64,000 nt of DNA from a virus (Duplodnaviria; Caudoviricetes): the IMG/VR virus record IMGVR_UViG_3300021255_004321, positions 27,823 through 91,822 of that record. One strand, written 5' to 3'. A program made the position numbers and the translations under genes. The notes under the pieces are model-generated. The model was given only the letters and a program-made list of their open reading frames with translations. It made no database searches and was not told the origin of the DNA. Shown here one piece after another: positions 59,307 to 64,000 of this stretch; position 1 is the first letter of the stretch, and every line of letters starts with the position of its first letter.

Positions 59307-59633
59307 TTAATATTGTTTCAAACTGATAACTTTAGTGTCGTTAGAGACTTCCAAATAAAAGTCTGCGTGGCCATCTGCACGAAGGAAAACAAATCGAATA
59401 GCATCGCCAAGAGATCTAAAATATATGGTTCGTCCTTCGATTGAAGTATAATGAGCACAGAGAACACCGTTCAGTTCTGCTCTTGTTGGGCGTCTAATTT
59501 TTAATTCTTCTGCTTCGCGTTCTGTAAGATAAGAATTTTTGTAAAGTAAGTCAACAGCAGGGAGAGCGTGCTTTTCCATTACATCGTCTAATTTGCTGAT
59601 GAATTCTCTAAGGTCCATTGGCTTACTTTCCAT
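59307..59633 (-). CDS. hypothetical protein
   Basis: ATG 59633 after AAGGAG. Confidence 0.55.
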   Translation of the reverse strand: MESKPMDLREFISKLDDVMEKHALPAVDLLYKNSYLTEREAEELKIRRPTRAELNGVLCAHYTSIEGRTIYFRSLGDAIRFVFLRADGHADFYLEVSNDTKVISLKQY

Positions 59634-59638
59634 AAATG

Positions 59639-59923
59639 TCACTCCTTATCTTCAGGCACAACAATTTTATCTTTGTTGTAGCGACGCCAAGCTTTGCCCC
59701 ATTCTGGCTTGTAGTTGTCGATAAGGGACTCGGCTTTTGTGAAATTGTCTTTTACTTCGTGATCTTTCAAAGCTTCAAGAACTTCTTTCTGTGTTGCTTC
59801 GTCAAGATAAGTCAGTTCAAGACCGTCCATTGCTGTTGCATTCTCACGCATAACAAAAAGTTTGCGTTCAGAAATTCCGCCTTCTTTTGTAGGATAAACA
59901 AATTCCTTTACATAAGATTTCAT
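59639..59923 (-). CDS. hypothetical protein
   Basis: SD GAGG; 'YPTKEGGISERKL' and 'WRRY' are WYL/SH3-like hints. Confidence 0.6.
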   Translation of the reverse strand: MKSYVKEFVYPTKEGGISERKLFVMRENATAMDGLELTYLDEATQKEVLEALKDHEVKDNFTKAESLIDNYKPEWGKAWRRYNKDKIVVPEDKE

Positions 59924-59943
59924 ATAAATACCTCTTAAATAAA

Positions 59944-60276
59944 TTACATTTCAAAAATAGGTATGATACCGACATCGACTGCGGTTCTTAATTCAAGACG
60001 TGCACCTGTCGACTGTTCCCAACCCTTCAACATAAGAATATGAGTACAAGTCATAAGGTGTCGAATATCACGCCTAAGCATCCAATTCCAAAGTTCTTTT
60101 GAGCCTTCAGGAAGCTGCTGCCGAATTTCAACACACTCAGGTTCGTTTTCAAGAGTAAGAGGATTTACAACTTCACAATTTGGAAAAGCTTTACGGAGAT
60201 ATTCTTCTCCGTCAGCAAAGTGTTCTTGCCAATGTTCTGGGTCGATTGTGATAGGACCTGCAATATAGAACTTCAT
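59944..60276 (-). CDS. DUF4406 family (nucleoside 2-deoxyribosyltransferase-like fold)
   Basis: YIAGPIT...VVNP...DIRHLMTC...LKGWEQSTGARLE. Confidence 0.85.
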   Translation of the reverse strand: MKFYIAGPITIDPEHWQEHFADGEEYLRKAFPNCEVVNPLTLENEPECVEIRQQLPEGSKELWNWMLRRDIRHLMTCTHILMLKGWEQSTGARLELRTAVDVGIIPIFEM

Positions 60277-60300
60277 AAATCCTCCAAAAATTATATTAAC

Positions 60301-60714
60301 CTACTCGAAAGAAATCTTTACTTTTGAAACTTCAAGCTTATTGATAAGGCTTTCAATCTTATTGATTTCTTTTTCCTTTTCATCTTTCAAGTCAGTCTGA
60401 TCTTCATAACGATTTTCAATAATTGTTGTAAGAGCTGCACGAACAAGACTCTTCAAGGCAACTTTCTCTCCGTCATCAAGATTTGTGATAGCAACTTCAA
60501 AGTCATCGTTTTCATTGAAATATGCTTCAGTTTTGTCGTCGATAAGTGACTGCAAGCGGCACTTTGTATCAACCTTGTTCACAACATCCCAGTAAGACAT
60601 TGTGCCGATGTTTGCAACAATATCTTCGTATTCGTCGTGGTCTTTTGGAACAAAAACAGACTTACATCCGTTTTCTGCAACTGTCAAACCATCAGGTGTT
60701 ATAATATGAAACAT
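60301..60714 (-). CDS. hypothetical early protein
   Basis: AAGGAGGAAATT-ATG leader identical to that of the upstream gene. Confidence 0.7.
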   Translation of the reverse strand: MFHIITPDGLTVAENGCKSVFVPKDHDEYEDIVANIGTMSYWDVVNKVDTKCRLQSLIDDKTEAYFNENDDFEVAITNLDDGEKVALKSLVRAALTTIIENRYEDQTDLKDEKEKEINKIESLINKLEVSKVKISFE

Positions 60715-60724
60715 AATTTCCTCC

Positions 60725-61054
60725 TTAGTAATCGGCTCTTCTTTTTGCTTCCCAGATTTCCTGAAGTTCTTTATAAGCTTTATCTTCAATCATCTTTGCA
60801 ACAGTATAAGCGCAACTGTATTTGATTGCACATTTGTCAAACTGATCTTTTATCCATTCTTCAGGAACTTTACCTTCCTGAAAGAAGTAAGCTTTGTTGT
60901 TATGACCGTTGAAAATTGCCCGTCCGTTTTCAAGTTCAACAAGAGCAATTCCGTTCTTCCATTCAAGGATATTTACATAATGCCAATCAAAAACATCACA
61001 GTATGCGTAAAAATCACCAAACGATTTGCATTCCTGAAGTTCATAATTTGCCAT
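60725..61054 (-). CDS. hypothetical early protein
   Basis: AAGGAGGAAATT-ATG; class A promoter upstream. Confidence 0.7.
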   Translation of the reverse strand: MANYELQECKSFGDFYAYCDVFDWHYVNILEWKNGIALVELENGRAIFNGHNNKAYFFQEGKVPEEWIKDQFDKCAIKYSCAYTVAKMIEDKAYKELQEIWEAKRRADY

Positions 61055-61075
61055 AATTTCCTCCTTGACTATCAA

Positions 61076-61113
61076 TTACAATAATAATATAAAGAAGTAC
61101 AGTCAAAAGTATA
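61076..61113 (-). promoter_or_regulatory. class A (putative early) promoter
   Basis: TATACTTTTGA-N9-TTTATATTATTATTGTAA. Confidence 0.65.
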
Positions 61114-61116
61114 AAA

Positions 61117-61171
61117 ATTTATATAAATTTATCCTCAATATTCTTATTTATTCCCTCCATTATAGTTCAAA
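61117..61171. repeat. conserved intergenic element, copy 3
   Basis: 27-bp core identical to 12431-12457; shared TTTATATAAATTTAT block upstream. Confidence 0.85.
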
Positions 61172-61221
61172 AATTCGCCGAATTTGCTTTAATGTTAATA
61201 TTGATATACAGGAGTTAGGAA

Positions 61222-61611
61222 ATGAAGAATTTAGGTAAAAATATGCCGAATGACCCTGCAGTTTTGATTGACGGCATAAACTTAAATAAAAAAGAATACG
61301 AAACAGTTGGCAAGATATTCAATAAGATGGCAAAAAAGTATGGACAAAGATACTCTTCAAAGCAAGAGATAATTGATACTTTCAAATCTGAAATGCGTCA
61401 ACATTTTAACGCAAAAATTGATTTTGAGGATGTATCACTTCGAGAAGAAGCAAAAGAAGCACCGTTCCAATTGATTGCCTGCCGCTTCAAAAAAGAAAGA
61501 CCACTGATCTTTTTGATTATTGATATGAGTTCAAACACTTGGGGAATTGTTGATGAAAAGCGTTTCCCACCACTCGATGAAAAGAGCCCATTTTTACCAG
61601 TAAGTATTTAA
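61222..61611 (+). CDS. hypothetical protein
   Basis: SD AGGAG, class B motif at 61194. Confidence 0.65.
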   Translation: MKNLGKNMPNDPAVLIDGINLNKKEYETVGKIFNKMAKKYGQRYSSKQEIIDTFKSEMRQHFNAKIDFEDVSLREEAKEAPFQLIACRFKKERPLIFLIIDMSSNTWGIVDEKRFPPLDEKSPFLPVSI

Positions 61612-61623
61612 TAAGGAAGATAT

Positions 61624-62457
61624 ATGGAAAGAATTTTTAATAAAGCGGATGCTATGACATACCCAGCAGGCACCTCAATTAAAAGAGCGCCTGCTCCAAC
61701 AAGAGCAGATACTGATGATGACTTTATTATTTGCAAAGGTAGAAACATCCGTCGTTCAAAAAATCATATTTATTTTTATGATACAATCGATGATGAAACA
61801 CAGATGTGGTTGCAGCAGGCAATGAACGCTGCATACGAGGAATGTGTTGTTGAAAATGCAAAAGAGATTGCGAGAACACGACACTTAAATGAAAACCTTT
61901 ATATTCATATCAACAGCCCAGGCGGTGGTGTATTATCGTCATTGGCATTGTATGACTTTATCAAAAATTTTCCTATGTGTACGGTAGGTGTTGTTGAAGG
62001 CTTTTGTGCTTCAGGCGCAACTATCTTGCTTTGTGCTTGTCAGTTAAGAGAAATGAATGAAAATTCAGTTGCTCTTGTTCACGAGCTCAGAAAATGGGAT
62101 TGTTCTTTCAAAAAGTATTCTGACATCGAAGATGAATATGAAAATGTATCTCTTTTGATGGACAGACTTGTAAACATTTACACAACAGAAACAAAGATTC
62201 CTGCTGATAAAATCAGAGATACATTGAAGCGTGACATTTATTGGGATGTCAATCAGTGTAAAAAGTATGAACTTTGCGATGTTGTTGTAGGCACAAGTTT
62301 GACTGAAGCTGAGGATAAAGAGGTAGATGAAAGAGTAAGACGCCGTTTACAAGGCCCTGTGGCTGAAGTTGCAAAAGAACAGGCAGAAGAGGACAATGCA
62401 GAGAAAAAATCAAAAAAGATAAGACTGCCTAAAAAGTCCAAGCCTCAAACAACCTAA
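61624..62457 (+). CDS. clpP: ClpP-family serine protease
   Basis: LYIHINSPGG, GFCASGA (Ser), LVHE (His), RDIYW (Asp); basic C-terminal extension. Confidence 0.88.
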   Translation: MERIFNKADAMTYPAGTSIKRAPAPTRADTDDDFIICKGRNIRRSKNHIYFYDTIDDETQMWLQQAMNAAYEECVVENAKEIARTRHLNENLYIHINSPGGGVLSSLALYDFIKNFPMCTVGVVEGFCASGATILLCACQLREMNENSVALVHELRKWDCSFKKYSDIEDEYENVSLLMDRLVNIYTTETKIPADKIRDTLKRDIYWDVNQCKKYELCDVVVGTSLTEAEDKEVDERVRRRLQGPVAEVAKEQAEEDNAEKKSKKIRLPKKSKPQTT

Positions 62458-62473
62458 CCCAGACTAATTGTAT

Positions 62474-62656
62474 ATGAATAACGAATTATTTGAAAGCATT
62501 CTTTCTGAGTCGAAAGATACATCTGATACAAAACAAGCTTTCTTTGAATCTTTGCTTAAAGAAGATGTTTGTGCAGGTGATTTTTCAGGATTTGTTCCTG
62601 AGAACGCAACTGATCTTAAGAAAAAGGAAGATGACGGCAATTCAGCAGTCTGCTAA
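62474..62656 (+). CDS. small acidic protein, possible internal head protein
   Basis: Tandem LFESILSE / FFESLLKE; ATG 11 nt after the start of ACTAATT. Confidence 0.55.
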   Translation: MNNELFESILSESKDTSDTKQAFFESLLKEDVCAGDFSGFVPENATDLKKKEDDGNSAVC

Positions 62657-62664
62657 GTTTATTT

Positions 62665-62686
62665 GGAGGTTTTTATAAGACCTCCT
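62665..62686 (+). terminator. hairpin/terminator before nrdD
   Basis: GGAGGTTT...AGACCTCC. Confidence 0.5.
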
Positions 62687-62705
62687 AATGTATTTTGAGG
62701 TGAAA

Positions 62706-64000
62706 ATGGTTGTTATAAAAAGAGATGAGAAGCGTCAAGAATTTGACCTCTCAAAGATTGTGAGAGCCATAAAAAAGGCTAACGCAAAGTCGAATGAAAA
62801 AATCGATGATGAAAAATTAAAAAAAGTTGTAGTTTCAGCACAATCATTTATTAAGAATCTGAAGTCCGATGTAGTAAATGTTGAGGACATTCATAAGGCA
62901 GTTGAAAATTCTTTAATGAAGAACAACTGTTATGAAGTTGCTCGACAGTATATGAACTTTAGAAGAGAGCGTGATTTGAAACGCTTTAAGAAACTTCCGC
63001 TTGTTGGCGTTATGGAGTCAAAGCTTTTTGTTCAGAATGGCAAAGGTGAACATCAGAATGCAAACCTTGATGAGTTTTCTTTTGGCGGACGTAAAGGTGA
63101 AATGGACTCTGCTTTCTTGAAAGAGCACGCATTAAATTATTATATTTCGCCTAAGTTTGCAAAAAATCACATTCAGAACAGAGTTTACATCCACGACTTG
63201 GATTCTTATATTTTAGGAATGCATAACTGTTTGTCAGTTCCTATGGACGAAATGTTATCGTCAGTTATTAAAACAAGACAAACATTGATAAGACCTGCGG
63301 GTTCAGTAAACACAGCTTTCCAATTGATTGCAGTTTATTTCCAATTGCAGTCATTACAGCAGTTTGGCGGTGTTGCTGCAACTCATATTGATTGGACTCT
63401 TGTTCCTTATGTACGCAAGTCTTTTATGAAGCATTACATTGTTGCTTATTTGAAATCAACTGAAGAGTTTACAAAACTTGATTTGCCTGATATGATGTTC
63501 AAAGATTATAAAGACAAAGCAGGTATTTGGAGAAACAAACTCGATGATTGGATTGATGAACATAAGAAAGAGTATCTTGACCGCTTAGGTCTCAAACTTG
63601 AAGACTTTACATTTGATAATAAAGTACTTGACAAAAACTTCCGTCAGGCTGCTGTGTTCGATACAATTCAGGAAACAAAGCAAGCTGCTGAAGGTATGTT
63701 ACATAACTTAAACTCACTTCAGTCTCGTTCAGGTAATCAGCTTCCTTTCTCAAGTATCAATTACGGAACTTGTACTCTTCCTGAAGGTCGTATCATTACC
63801 AGAGCAATTCTTGATGCAACAATTAAAGGTACAGGAAACGGACAAACATCAATTTTCCCTTGTCAGATTTTCCAAATGATGGACGGTGTAAACACAGGCA
63901 AGAATGATCCAAACTATGATTTGTTCAAACACGCAATCAAATGTACTTCAATGCGTATGTACCCTAACTATGTTAACTGTGATTGGAGTCAGGACCAAGG
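62706..64000 (+). CDS. nrdD: anaerobic (class III) ribonucleotide reductase with N-terminal ATP cone (runs off the window end)
   Basis: Own translation: MVVIKRDEKRQEFDLSKI (ATP cone), YIHDLD..HNC, QFGG, NLNSLQSRSGNQLPFSSINYG, IFP, RMYPNY. Confidence 0.93.
   Translation, partial: MVVIKRDEKRQEFDLSKIVRAIKKANAKSNEKIDDEKLKKVVVSAQSFIKNLKSDVVNVEDIHKAVENSLMKNNCYEVARQYMNFRRERDLKRFKKLPLVGVMESKLFVQNGKGEHQNANLDEFSFGGRKGEMDSAFLKEHALNYYISPKFAKNHIQNRVYIHDLDSYILGMHNCLSVPMDEMLSSVIKTRQTLIRPAGSVNTAFQLIAVYFQLQSLQQFGGVAATHIDWTLVPYVRKSFMKHYIVAYLKSTEEFTKLDLPDMMFKDYKDKAGIWRNKLDDWIDEHKKEYLDRLGLKLEDFTFDNKVLDKNFRQAAVFDTIQETKQAAEGMLHNLNSLQSRSGNQLPFSSINYGTCTLPEGRIITRAILDATIKGTGNGQTSIFPCQIFQMMDGVNTGKNDPNYDLFKHAIKCTSMRMYPNYVNCDWSQDQ

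Noticed and set aside
1-64000. Stop-codon reassignment as in some gut jumbo phages
   Set aside because: Long ORFs are intact in code 11, and TAG/TGA end genes at sensible positions (uvsX, glycosyltransferase)
1-64000. tRNA, rRNA, introns, inteins or phage-nucleus genes
   Set aside because: Intergenic gaps are short and accounted for; no cloverleaf, intein, chimallin or PhuZ signature recognised in this window

Overview
AT-rich (roughly 35% GC by eye), densely coding segment of a large T4-like/jumbo myovirus genome in the standard genetic code; class III RNR (nrdD) suggests an anaerobic bacterial host. Virion genes: tube-like and baseplate proteins, a membrane-rich tape measure, 2344-aa and 3910-aa fibre/baseplate proteins, neck protein and tail chaperone. 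DNA-metabolism genes: rIIA, UvsX/RecA, dUTPase, DnaX-like clamp loader, Cas4/RecB-like nuclease, HD hydrolases and NrdD; there are also a PARG-like macrodomain and a ClpP. Main highlights: (1) a full-length eukaryote/archaeal-type topoisomerase IB; (2) a cluster of NDP-sugar enzymes, a glycosyltransferase and a dNMP kinase that probably hypermodifies DNA; (3) a shared C-terminal AP-x(1-2)-RRII-(KD/QR) tag on three unrelated enzymes; (4) three promoter-like motif classes, many feeding leaderless genes; (5) a probable +1 frameshift (CCC_UUU_CGA) in the tail chaperone; (6) a 27-bp element repeated at three divergent intergenic regions; (7) apparent absence of CATG. No tRNA, rRNA or CRISPR array was recognised. 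All family calls come from motif recognition by eye, not from database searches.
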